IMG/VR virus record: IMGVR_UViG_3300010376_000033
Coordinates: 8,587-72,586 of that record
Source: a virus
DNA length: 64,000 bases
Strand: one strand, 5' to 3'
Shown here: in pieces, positions 1 to 8,300 of the stretch
How positions within the stretch are numbered: the stretch's first letter is position 1
Layout: each line of letters starts with the position of its first letter
The notes under the pieces: generated by a model
What the model was told of the DNA's origin: nothing
Databases searched by the model: none
What the model saw: only the letters and a program-made list of their open reading frames with translations
Made by a program: the position numbers and the translations under genes

Positions 1-1
1 G

Positions 2-1666
2 GACCGTCCCAACTCCAAAATCACCAACTGCCTCACGGAAGTCTTCGGCATTGACTACGATCCCAGCCTGGGCCGTTATGAGGTGCATCCCACCGACGAC
101 GCCAAGGAGCGGGCCCGCAACTACCTGCGCTCCACGGGCGCCCAGGAGACGGCGCCCGATAAATTCCAAGCGGTCATCATCCACTACGAGGGCAATACCT
201 CGACCTGGAAGAAGAACCTGAAGCACTGGCAGGGGCAAGCGCTGGCGCAGAAGGCGCTCTTGTTGGGCCGCGTGCCCATTGTCCTCGACTGGGACGGCCG
301 CAGCCCGGTGCCCGACGACAAGACCATCTTTTGCCCGCGCCCGGGCAAGGAGGATGTCTGGGGCGGCTGGGGTTCCGGCGATGCCGGCGTCATCACGGCC
401 ATGATTGCGATGGCCGAAGCCTATGTGGGCATCGATTCGGGCCCGGGCAAGTGCGCCAGCGCCACCGACACGCCGACCCTGATCGTCTGGCGCGAGCATC
501 ACCCCGTGCAATTTCACGATCCCGCTCCCAATACCACCCACTTACTGCCGCATAACTGGCGGACCATCCCGCCGGCCGAGCGCTTGCCGATTGCCGACTT
601 CTTCCTCAAGCACTATCAGTATGTGGAATACGGCGGCGACTTCGGCCTGACCGACACGGCCACGGATTGGCTGGCCAGGGTCCTGGGCGGCCAAATGCCG
701 ATCTTGCGTCCGGGCAAACGGATTTTCGTCATCCCCAATGGCATCGGCGATGCTCTCTGGGTCCTGCACAAAATCAAAGGCGTGGCCCAGGACGGGCCCA
801 TTGATCTCATCCTGTCCGGCAATCCCGCCCGCGAATTGGACCATCGCGCCGAGCCCTTTCTCAAGCGCTTCCCGTTCATCCATTCGGCTACCCTTCTCGA
901 TGTGCCCGTGTTGCGCTCAGAGCGGGACTATGAGCGCAATGACGAAAAGGGCCGCTACCGCTACTGGCCCGACGGCGAGCGCTCGGGCTACCATTTCCTG
1001 ATTCCCAACGCCGTCCTGGAAAAAGGCGAGCGCCTGGAGACGTGGCTGCCGGAGGTTCCAGTTGACTGGTCCGTTGTCAATGATTTCTCCTGGGACAACA
1101 CGGACAAGGGCGATCTCCTGGGTCGTTCTCTGGGCGACTTCGTTGCTTTTTACTTGGGTCCCGAGGAGGGCAACGTGGACGAGGGGCACGGGCGCGGCTT
1201 TATCTGGGAGCCCAAGCAATGGCTCGAATTGGGCCAGCTGTTCCAGGAGCGCGGCCTGCGCATCGCTTTGGTCGGTGCGGCCTATGACCGTTCGTACTAC
1301 GACCGCTATGTCAAGGAGGCGGTCAAGAACGCCGGCTGGCGCTGGTTTGATTTCCTGGGCCAACTGGAGATCGGCGAGACCATGGCGCTTCTTAAGCGGG
1401 CGCGTCTCTTTGTTAGTTACCAGTGCGGCCTGGGCATTTTTGCCCATTACCTGGGACTCAAGGTGTGCATGTGGTGGCGGCCCGACGGCGACAGCATTCA
1501 CGGCAAACGATTGATTTCCTTTGACGAAAGAATGGCCACGGCCTGGACTAACCCCGCCTACGCCGACCGCTACCTGGGCCTGATCTACAAACGCTGTTCG
1601 CCTAGCAGCATCGTCGCGCAAATGCACGAGCGCGGCTGGCTTGACAAGATAGCACCATCGTCCTAA
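2..1666 (+). CDS. Tandem two-domain GT9-like (heptosyltransferase-like, GT-B) glycosyltransferase, 5'-truncated by the window edge
   Basis: Frame is open from base 2 (DRPNSKITNCLTEVFGIDYD...). GT9 C-terminal-type motifs AMAEAYVGIDSGPGKCASATDTPTLIVW and ALLKRARLFVSYQCGLGIFAHYLG; N-terminal-type PNGIGDALW at the start of the second domain. Confidence 0.7.
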   Translation, partial: DRPNSKITNCLTEVFGIDYDPSLGRYEVHPTDDAKERARNYLRSTGAQETAPDKFQAVIIHYEGNTSTWKKNLKHWQGQALAQKALLLGRVPIVLDWDGRSPVPDDKTIFCPRPGKEDVWGGWGSGDAGVITAMIAMAEAYVGIDSGPGKCASATDTPTLIVWREHHPVQFHDPAPNTTHLLPHNWRTIPPAERLPIADFFLKHYQYVEYGGDFGLTDTATDWLARVLGGQMPILRPGKRIFVIPNGIGDALWVLHKIKGVAQDGPIDLILSGNPARELDHRAEPFLKRFPFIHSATLLDVPVLRSERDYERNDEKGRYRYWPDGERSGYHFLIPNAVLEKGERLETWLPEVPVDWSVVNDFSWDNTDKGDLLGRSLGDFVAFYLGPEEGNVDEGHGRGFIWEPKQWLELGQLFQERGLRIALVGAAYDRSYYDRYVKEAVKNAGWRWFDFLGQLEIGETMALLKRARLFVSYQCGLGIFAHYLGLKVCMWWRPDGDSIHGKRLISFDERMATAWTNPAYADRYLGLIYKRCSPSSIVAQMHERGWLDKIAPSS

Positions 1667-1673
1667 AATAAAC

Positions 1674-1901
1674 ATGGCGGAAGCACACAATGTTTTCGAG
1701 CTGGTGGCCCGTTGTTTTAATGAGGGCTGCGATGCGCGCTGGCGCGGCGAGGCCATCGAGCAATGCCCCTATGAGGCCGGCGTCGGTCCCGAAGCCGCCT
1801 ACTGGAAATTGGGCTGGCGCGACATGCACTGGCACTGGGGCAGCCGCGTGCGCGGCCGCTGGCGGCACCAACCCCTAACACCCTTGGGATATTTTCGATG
1901 A
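1674..1901 (+). CDS. Small Rmf/CrpP-like protein
   Basis: EGCDARWRGEAIEQCPYEAGVGPEAAYWKLGW fits the G..A...G.....CPY...W..GW pattern of ribosome modulation factor. Confidence 0.55.
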   Translation: MAEAHNVFELVARCFNEGCDARWRGEAIEQCPYEAGVGPEAAYWKLGWRDMHWHWGSRVRGRWRHQPLTPLGYFR

Positions 1902-2977
1902 TGTACACGGCTCAGGCTGCGGACTGCATTGCCTTTCTGGATAGCTTGGAAGAAAATTCCGTCGATCTCATCCTGGGTAGTCCTCCCTATGCCGATGCCC
2001 GCACCTACGGGATCGACGCCGTGTACGGTTGCCAGGACTGGGTGGACTGGATGCTCCAGGTAACCAAGGCGGCCACGCGCGTCAGCAAGGGGCTGGTCCT
2101 GTGGGCTGTGGCCGGTGTGCAGCGTGAGCTGAATTATTGGCCCTGCTGCGAGGGGCTAGCCTGGGAGTGGTGGAAGCAGGGCGGCCAGCAGTGGCGGCCG
2201 TGTATCTGGTGGAAGGTCGATGAGGACGAGGGCGGCACGGGCATTCCCGGCTCGGGCGGCAAGCAATGGCTCCGCAACGACTGGGAGTACATCCTGGCCT
2301 TTAAGAAAGAGGGCTGGCTGCCGTGGGCGGACAATACGGTCATGGGTCACGCGCCCGTCTATGCCCAGGTCGGCGGCGAGATGAGCAACCGCACCGTGGA
2401 TGGACAGCGGAGTAACGCCCGCGTCGGCCATGGCGCCAAATCGCGCCGGGACAGATGGGCGGGCGAGCCGCCGGACACGGCCAGCCGGGGCGAACAGAGC
2501 TTGCTCGACGGCAGTGTGGAAGACATGCTGGATGACCCGTGGAATACGGCTAGCCGTGGCGGTCAGGGGATTGGCGGCCGCAAGCAAGACGGCCGGAAGA
2601 AGCAAGGCCCGATGCGCGTCGGCGCGAAAGATGCAAGTGGCAAGACGAAGAGGAAGCGCGGGGCGCCCATGCCCAAGCTGGCCAATCCGGGCAACTGTAT
2701 TATTGTCAAAGCGCGAGTAGGCGGCGGTCATATCGGCGCCCGCGTCGCCCATGAGAACGAAGCGCCCTATCCGGAGAAGCTGTGCGAATTTTTCATCCGT
2801 TCCTTTTGCCCGCCCGACGGCCTGGTCCTCGATCCCTTCTGCGGCTCGGGCACGACCCTGGCTGTTGCCGTTCGTCACGGCCGGCGGGCGCTGGGCTGCG
2901 ACTTGCGCGAGAGCCAGATCGCCTTGGCCTTAAAGCGCTGTAGCGAAGAAACCCGGCCGCTGTTCGGAGAACTATAA
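1898..2977 (+). CDS. DNA methyltransferase, beta class (N4-cytosine/N6-adenine), with long basic low-complexity insert
   Basis: Catalytic DLILGSPPY near the N-terminus; SAM-binding VLDPFCGSGTT near the C-terminus; HEAPYPEKL-like motif. Confidence 0.9.
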   Translation: MMYTAQAADCIAFLDSLEENSVDLILGSPPYADARTYGIDAVYGCQDWVDWMLQVTKAATRVSKGLVLWAVAGVQRELNYWPCCEGLAWEWWKQGGQQWRPCIWWKVDEDEGGTGIPGSGGKQWLRNDWEYILAFKKEGWLPWADNTVMGHAPVYAQVGGEMSNRTVDGQRSNARVGHGAKSRRDRWAGEPPDTASRGEQSLLDGSVEDMLDDPWNTASRGGQGIGGRKQDGRKKQGPMRVGAKDASGKTKRKRGAPMPKLANPGNCIIVKARVGGGHIGARVAHENEAPYPEKLCEFFIRSFCPPDGLVLDPFCGSGTTLAVAVRHGRRALGCDLRESQIALALKRCSEETRPLFGEL

Positions 2978-3648
2978 TGGCTACGCCCTTGGTGTCCATT
3001 TCTTACTGCGCCTGCCATACCAAGATGGATGTTGGCATCTCCGGCGAAGACCATGCCCAGTGGCTTCTCAACCAAGTCACCATGCTCCAGGCGCTGGTGG
3101 ACTGGCCCTTGATCGTCGCTTGCACCGGCTGGCCGGGCATTCTGTCCATCGAAAACACACCGACCTCGCGCGAGCGTGATGTCCTGTGGCAAGTCTTCAA
3201 GCGGACCCGGGCCATCGTCGGCATTCCCGAAAACCCCGGCCATCAATCGGGCGCTGCCCAGTGTATTCGCATTGCCCTGGAGACGGCCTGCAATTTGGAT
3301 TTTCCTTATCTCATCCACACCGCCGAGGACGTGGTGCCCCGCCGCGGTATCCTCCGGGAAATGTTCCTCGCCCTGGAAGAGGAGCATGATTATGCCGGCG
3401 AGTGGTGGTACAGCGAGCCGCCCGGACTCAACACGCAATTTTTCGGCTGCCGGCCCAGCGCCCTCATCAACTACTGGGACTCGGCGACCCTCTACAACCA
3501 TGTTCATATCGAGGGCTATATGCGGCACTTGATCCAGGACCATCACGCCGCCTGCTACCTGTTCAAGCACGAAACCATGTACTATACGACGCACCATCAT
3601 CATGCCTGGCGCGCCGCCGTCAAGAGCGAGCATGGTTTTCAATTTTAA
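2977..3648 (+). CDS. Hypothetical protein, possibly glycosyltransferase-like
   Basis: Overlapping TAATG stop/start with the upstream gene; YLIHTAEDVV resembles a DxD-type region; sits in a sugar cluster. Confidence 0.45.
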   Translation: MATPLVSISYCACHTKMDVGISGEDHAQWLLNQVTMLQALVDWPLIVACTGWPGILSIENTPTSRERDVLWQVFKRTRAIVGIPENPGHQSGAAQCIRIALETACNLDFPYLIHTAEDVVPRRGILREMFLALEEEHDYAGEWWYSEPPGLNTQFFGCRPSALINYWDSATLYNHVHIEGYMRHLIQDHHAACYLFKHETMYYTTHHHHAWRAAVKSEHGFQF

Positions 3649-3662
3649 GGAGCCGGCCAACA

Positions 3663-4319
3663 ATGCTCGAAGCCTTGTTACAACAGTGGTTGGCGGACGC
3701 CGAGAGACACCAGGATGCACGCCGCCACCTGACGCCTTATCCCGGGGCGACCGGGCCGGGCTACCTGGGCTACATGGCGACCCTGGCCTCCTTTGCCTGG
3801 CTGGCGCCCGGCCATATCGTCGAATGCGGCAGCTGTCTGGGGATCGGCACCTTGGCCTTGTGGTGGGGGCGGCATCTGAGTGGGGACACGATACGGCGCC
3901 TGTTGACCATCGACCAGGACGACGAGGCCCTGCGGGCGCTCCACGACCGCGCCGGACGCTTGAACCTTAACGACATTACCTACTGCCACGGCGATACCGC
4001 CGATCCGGCGCTGTTGCGCAACTTCGCCCATGATTTTGGCCCGATCGGTTTTCTCTACGCCGATGCCGACCACCGCTATGAGGGCTGTATCGCCGAGCTG
4101 GAGAATGCCGTGCCCCACATGGTGCCACACGGTAAAATCCTGGTCCATGATCTGGCGCCGCGCTGGGACAAGGAATTGTTCGACCGGCATCACAACGGCG
4201 TTACCGAAGCCGTGGAGAAATTTTTGCATCAAGAGCCGCTCTGGGCCGCCTTCTACCTGGGCGGCGGCTGGGCGCTTCTGTATCAACGAGAGTCAGACCT
4301 GGCATGCCACCACCTTTGA
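3663..4319 (+). CDS. Class I SAM-dependent methyltransferase (Methyltransf_24-like)
   Basis: IVECGSCLGIGT, FLYADADHRYEG, GKILVHD motifs; AAGGAG RBS upstream of ATG 3663. Confidence 0.8.
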   Translation: MLEALLQQWLADAERHQDARRHLTPYPGATGPGYLGYMATLASFAWLAPGHIVECGSCLGIGTLALWWGRHLSGDTIRRLLTIDQDDEALRALHDRAGRLNLNDITYCHGDTADPALLRNFAHDFGPIGFLYADADHRYEGCIAELENAVPHMVPHGKILVHDLAPRWDKELFDRHHNGVTEAVEKFLHQEPLWAAFYLGGGWALLYQRESDLACHHL

Positions 4320-5170
4320 CGGAATTGCAAATCGAGCTGGCCGGCGTCTGCAATATCGCGTGCGCGTACTGTACCTGGCGCCAGCGCGAGGTCGGCAAGC
4401 AGCTCATGGACACGGAGTTGGCCGTTACGCTCTTAGAGCAAGCGGCTCAGTTCGATCCCGTGCCCTTGGTAACTCTCCACGGCGTCGGCGAGGCCACGCT
4501 CCATCCCCATTTCCGGGCCCTGTTGACACTGGGGCATGGCCTGGGACTGCCGTTGCGGCTCTCGACCAATTGCCTGACGCTGGATACAGCCCGGATTGCC
4601 TGGCTGCGCCAGCTGACCAATTTAAATTTCATTCTGGCCTTGCACCAGGGCGTGCCCATCAAAACCAAGAAGAAGGCCCAGGATCAGGCTCTCGATTTTC
4701 TGGCCTCCGGGCCGCGTTGCCGGCAGGTGGAGGTCCTGCTGGTTTGCGATGACCAGGGCGCCAGTCAGGCCGGCCGCCTAGCGGGCACCTTCCTGCCGGT
4801 CCTCGAACGCGTGCCGCACAGCCGCTTGCATTTCAAGCAGCCGCAGACCTGGCCCAAGTCGCCGCCCGTGCGCGGCCATATTCCGACGGGAGCCTGGGAG
4901 CAGCATCCGCAAGTGCTTATCGACCGCGTGGCCACGCCGCGCTCGTTGGCCAGGGGTTGCTCCATGCCCGATTATTTGTTATCGGTCCAGGCCGATGGCA
5001 CGACGACCTTGTGCTGTGTCGGCGAAGAGGACTGGGGCCTGGCCAACGCCAAGCGGCAAACGTTGGCCGACATCTGGCAGTCGGCTGCCGCTCATTCCTG
5101 TCGCGACGCCTGGCGTGCGAGTAGTGACCGCCTGCCGTGTGGCCACTGTAAAAACCGAGGAGATTGCTAA
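4304..5170 (+). CDS. Radical SAM protein with C-terminal SPASM/twitch-like Cys cluster
   Basis: CNIACAYC (CxxxCxxC), LHGVGEATLHP, C-terminal C...CC...CGHC. Confidence 0.9.
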   Translation: MPPPLTELQIELAGVCNIACAYCTWRQREVGKQLMDTELAVTLLEQAAQFDPVPLVTLHGVGEATLHPHFRALLTLGHGLGLPLRLSTNCLTLDTARIAWLRQLTNLNFILALHQGVPIKTKKKAQDQALDFLASGPRCRQVEVLLVCDDQGASQAGRLAGTFLPVLERVPHSRLHFKQPQTWPKSPPVRGHIPTGAWEQHPQVLIDRVATPRSLARGCSMPDYLLSVQADGTTTLCCVGEEDWGLANAKRQTLADIWQSAAAHSCRDAWRASSDRLPCGHCKNRGDC

Positions 5171-5802
5171 TGGGCTTCGCCGATGTCAGCGCCTGGTTCG
5201 ACCACGACGACAATGCGCTCGTAGAGCATATCAACTGGATCACCTCGAACGCGGCCGAGAAACAGCTGGCCTTTATCCAGCCGCGCTTCGAGGCAGCCGC
5301 TCTCAAGAGCGCGGTGGAATTCGGCTCGGGCTCGGGCCGGCTGGCCTTCGCCTGGGCCAAGGCCAACCCCCAGCTCATTTACGACGGCATCGAAAAGTCG
5401 CAGAAGCTTTACGACCTCACGGTCGATCCGCACATCTCGGGACTGGAGGCGCCGTGGCTCAATTTCCACAAGGGCGATGTGCGCGACTCGGCGGTGTTGC
5501 CGACGGCGGATTGTGCCCTGGCCTTCGCCTTCATGAAGCATTTTTCCCTGGACGAGTGGAACGACATCCTGGCTCACGTCCTCATGAACGGGCGTTACGG
5601 CGCCTTCGATGTTCAGGTGGCGGGCCAGGATCATGACAACGGCACCCATTACCATCATGTTTATGTCAGCGAGACGCGCCTGCTCGAAGCCGTGCGCCTA
5701 GCTGGTCATGAAATCCTGGACCGCGCCACCTGGGAGGAATGCGACGTGGACGGCCTGGGCCGGATGCGCAACGCGGTTTTGTGGACCAAGAGGCGCTCAT
5801 GA
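5170..5802 (+). CDS. Class I SAM-dependent methyltransferase
   Basis: VEFGSGSGR motif I, YDGIEKS motif II, FHKGDVRD. Confidence 0.8.
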   Translation: MGFADVSAWFDHDDNALVEHINWITSNAAEKQLAFIQPRFEAAALKSAVEFGSGSGRLAFAWAKANPQLIYDGIEKSQKLYDLTVDPHISGLEAPWLNFHKGDVRDSAVLPTADCALAFAFMKHFSLDEWNDILAHVLMNGRYGAFDVQVAGQDHDNGTHYHHVYVSETRLLEAVRLAGHEILDRATWEECDVDGLGRMRNAVLWTKRRS

Positions 5803-5993
5803 ATTGCGACTTTGCGCTTCAAGTTGACGGCCAAGACATCGCCGACCCTACCGAGGATTATGTCTTGCGCGTGGACAACTGGAGCGCGCCCGTTTTGTAT
5901 TTCCAGGGACGGCGCGTCACGAAAACGTGGCAGGTAAGCTTGCGGGCTCACAGCGAGGAGGATACCCTTGGCCAATCCGCGAACACGACGTAA
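5799..5993 (+). CDS. Hypothetical protein
   Basis: ATGA overlap with the upstream stop; fills the operon gap. Confidence 0.5.
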   Translation: MNCDFALQVDGQDIADPTEDYVLRVDNWSAPVLYFQGRRVTKTWQVSLRAHSEEDTLGQSANTT

Positions 5994-6150
5994 GCGCTGT
6001 CAGGTCTGCGGCGGCGTCTTGCCGCGCCGCAACCGCCCGCGCCATCCGCTCTGTGAGCGCGTGCGCCGTCTGGAAAAAGAACAGGACGAGCTGATCCTCT
6101 ATAAGGAAGGAAACACGGTTTATGGATTTCGCCTCACTCTACGCTCGTGA
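5968..6150 (+). CDS. Small hypothetical protein, possible Zn-binding
   Basis: CQVCGG...HPLC; overlaps both neighbours. Confidence 0.4.
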   Translation: MANPRTRRKRCQVCGGVLPRRNRPRHPLCERVRRLEKEQDELILYKEGNTVYGFRLTLRS

Positions 6151-7537
6151 TCGGGACCAGCCCCAGCGCATCGCCGTGGTCGGCGATACCCTGCTCGACG
6201 ACTGGGTGGAAACCGCGCCCTTTTCGTGTCCCGACCTATGCCCAACCGGGAAAACCTTGGGCCATCATTCGTTGCCCGGCGGCGCCGCCAATGTGGCCCG
6301 CCAATTCGAGAATTGGCACAGCCGGGCGACGCTCTTGGGGCCGCTCTCGCGTCAGCTGGCGCAGGCTCTCAAGCGCTACGGCAAGAGCGTCGATCAGGAG
6401 CTAGCCTTTGAAGTCAAGGCCATGCCCGTGAAAAGGCGCTACCGCACGGCGGCGGGAAAACTCCTGTTTCGCGCCGACAGCGAGGCTCCCGACTATGACC
6501 TGGCCCCCAGCGAGCTGGAAGAAATTCGCAGCCTGACCGTGAAAGCCGTGCGCGAGTTGCCCTGGAATGCCATTCTGTTGGTGGACTACATGAAAGGGTT
6601 TGTGGATGAGCGCCTAGCGGAAAACATCATCCGCATAGCCCGGCACCGGGACATCCTGGTGATTGCCGATCCCAAACGGCCGCCGGAGGCGTTTGCAGGC
6701 GCGCTCCTGAAGACCAATGAGGACTACTTTTCCCAGCACGAGTCCAGTTTCAAGCGCTACGCCTGGCCGCGCGTCACCACCTACGGCGCCAGCCCCCCTT
6801 GGCTCCAGACCCTTGAGACCCAAGAGCCCTTTCGTGTCTTTCGCTGTGTGGATGAGGCCCTGGCTGGCGTGCCCTGTCGCAACCATGTCGGTGCCGGCGA
6901 CTGCTTCTTGGCCCATCTGTGTCTGGGCCTGCTACATGGCCTGGGCGGCCGGGACGCCGCCCGCTTCGCGCACCACGCCGGCCGCGTTTATGTGCAACAC
7001 CTGGACGCCAGGCCGCCCTCTCACTATGAGATCGTCAAGGACTATGACCCCATAGGGGGCAAGTGGCTCGAACGCCAGGCGCTGCCGTCATTGGCCGACA
7101 GCCTGCGCGGCAGGCAGGTGATTTTTACCAACGGCGTTTTCCGCCTGCCGCACGCCGGCCATGCCTGGTTTTTGGAGCAGGCGCGCAAGCGCGGCGATGT
7201 TCTCGTGGTGGGCATCAATGACGACAGCTCGGCAGCCAGGCAGCGTCCGGGCGCCACGATCTTGCCCTTGCGCGATCGTGTGCAAATGCTGGCCTCCTTT
7301 GCTTTCGTGGACTGGATCGTGCCTTTTGGTGAGGACACGCCCGAAGCCCTCCTGAAGGTGCTGGCAGCGCCCTTAGACGAACCCGTGATCCTGGCCAAAG
7401 GTGCCGAGTATGCGGGTACGATCGTGCCCGGACAGGACCTAGCCGTTGAAGTCGTGTTTATCGAAGCATCGCCGTTCCCGCAGCATGCCACCACCTTGAT
7501 CCAGGACTTCCAGCACAAATGTCCCACCTGCCCCTAG
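6122..7537 (+). CDS. hldE: Bifunctional heptose-7-phosphate kinase / heptose-1-phosphate nucleotidyltransferase (HldE/RfaE-like)
   Basis: PfkB domain (VVGDTLLD, PGGAANVA, LVDYMKG, IADPK, VGAGDCF) fused to a cytidylyltransferase-like domain (FTNGVF.LPHAGH, GDVLVVGINDDSS, VDWIVPFGEDTP, LAKGAEY). Confidence 0.92.
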   Translation: MDFASLYARDRDQPQRIAVVGDTLLDDWVETAPFSCPDLCPTGKTLGHHSLPGGAANVARQFENWHSRATLLGPLSRQLAQALKRYGKSVDQELAFEVKAMPVKRRYRTAAGKLLFRADSEAPDYDLAPSELEEIRSLTVKAVRELPWNAILLVDYMKGFVDERLAENIIRIARHRDILVIADPKRPPEAFAGALLKTNEDYFSQHESSFKRYAWPRVTTYGASPPWLQTLETQEPFRVFRCVDEALAGVPCRNHVGAGDCFLAHLCLGLLHGLGGRDAARFAHHAGRVYVQHLDARPPSHYEIVKDYDPIGGKWLERQALPSLADSLRGRQVIFTNGVFRLPHAGHAWFLEQARKRGDVLVVGINDDSSAARQRPGATILPLRDRVQMLASFAFVDWIVPFGEDTPEALLKVLAAPLDEPVILAKGAEYAGTIVPGQDLAVEVVFIEASPFPQHATTLIQDFQHKCPTCP

Positions 7538-7546
7538 GAGTACGTT

Positions 7547-7741
7547 ATGCGTGAGCGAAAACCCAACCGTTATATCCAGGCGGGTCCTTATACCTGGGTG
7601 GAGATCACGCCCGAGCTGCAAGAATTCATGGCCCAGGAAGACAAAAAATCGTTCACGCGCTTCCTGGTCTTGGGACTGTGGCTGCCCGCCGCCGTGGCCG
7701 GCATCATCCTGTTAACTTGCATTTTGCTACGCTGGTCTTAA
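7547..7741 (+). CDS. Small membrane protein
   Basis: AGGAG RBS; C-terminal hydrophobic helix FLVLGLWLPAAVAGIILLTCILL. Confidence 0.6.
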   Translation: MRERKPNRYIQAGPYTWVEITPELQEFMAQEDKKSFTRFLVLGLWLPAAVAGIILLTCILLRWS

Positions 7742-7750
7742 AATAAAACC

Positions 7751-7942
7751 ATGATAAACAAGAAAGACTACCTGACCGTGCCCGAGGTAGCGGCACTACA
7801 CGGCGTCCGCCGCCAGCTGGTCAACTGGTGGATCGAGCAGGGCTATCTGCCCTGCAAGCGGGTCGGCAAAAACACCCTTCTCGTGCCCTACCAGGCGGCG
7901 CTGCACTTTGTCCGCCCCAGCCAGCGGCACGCGCTGCCGTAG
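7751..7942 (+). CDS. Excisionase-like helix-turn-helix DNA-binding protein
   Basis: YLTVPEVAALHGVRRQLVNWWIEQGYLPCKRVG. Confidence 0.8.
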   Translation: MINKKDYLTVPEVAALHGVRRQLVNWWIEQGYLPCKRVGKNTLLVPYQAALHFVRPSQRHALP

Positions 7943-7966
7943 CCAGAATTTTCGCCTTTTTTTCTC

Positions 7967-7995
7967 TTGACAGAATAGGACCATTGTCTTATTAT
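7967..7995 (+). promoter_or_regulatory. Sigma70-type promoter
   Basis: TTGACA-N17-TATTAT in an AT-rich gap, preceded by a T-tract. Confidence 0.8.
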
Positions 7996-8046
7996 AAATA
8001 GAGGGGTGAAGGCGACCAACATCTCGGCCAACAAGGAGTCTGAATC

Positions 8047-8247
8047 ATGCGAAAGAACATAATCATTCAAGATTTGCGTATCTATGTCTGCGACGGGCAT
8101 AGGCCGGCGTATGATTCGCCGCCTCTATTTCGGGGCGAAGCCTTGACGGATCGTGAATATCACACATTAACCGGGATGATAGGCCGTTATCTGAAAAAAG
8201 TGCGAGTCCGCAACCTCCGCAGCAGCTATCGAGATCGAGTTCTTTAA
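8047..8247 (+). CDS. Hypothetical protein
   Basis: AAGGAG RBS; first gene after the promoter. Confidence 0.6.
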   Translation: MRKNIIIQDLRIYVCDGHRPAYDSPPLFRGEALTDREYHTLTGMIGRYLKKVRVRNLRSSYRDRVL

Positions 8248-8300
8248 CCACCTACGCCGGGGCGGCGCCCAACGCCTCACCTACTTTTACAGGAGTGACC

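Noticed and set aside
2340-2700. Intein or intron in the DNA methyltransferase
   Set aside because: No Cys/Ser start, His-Asn end or endonuclease motif; the frame is continuous.
4304-5170. Thymidine hypermodification or 7-deazaguanine pathway built on the radical SAM and FAD enzymes
   Set aside because: No dUMP hydroxymethylase, hmU kinase, FolE/QueD/QueC or DpdA-like gene recognised; the neighbours point to sugar chemistry.
7547-7741. Holin call for the small membrane protein
   Set aside because: Single helix and no adjacent endolysin; not supportable.
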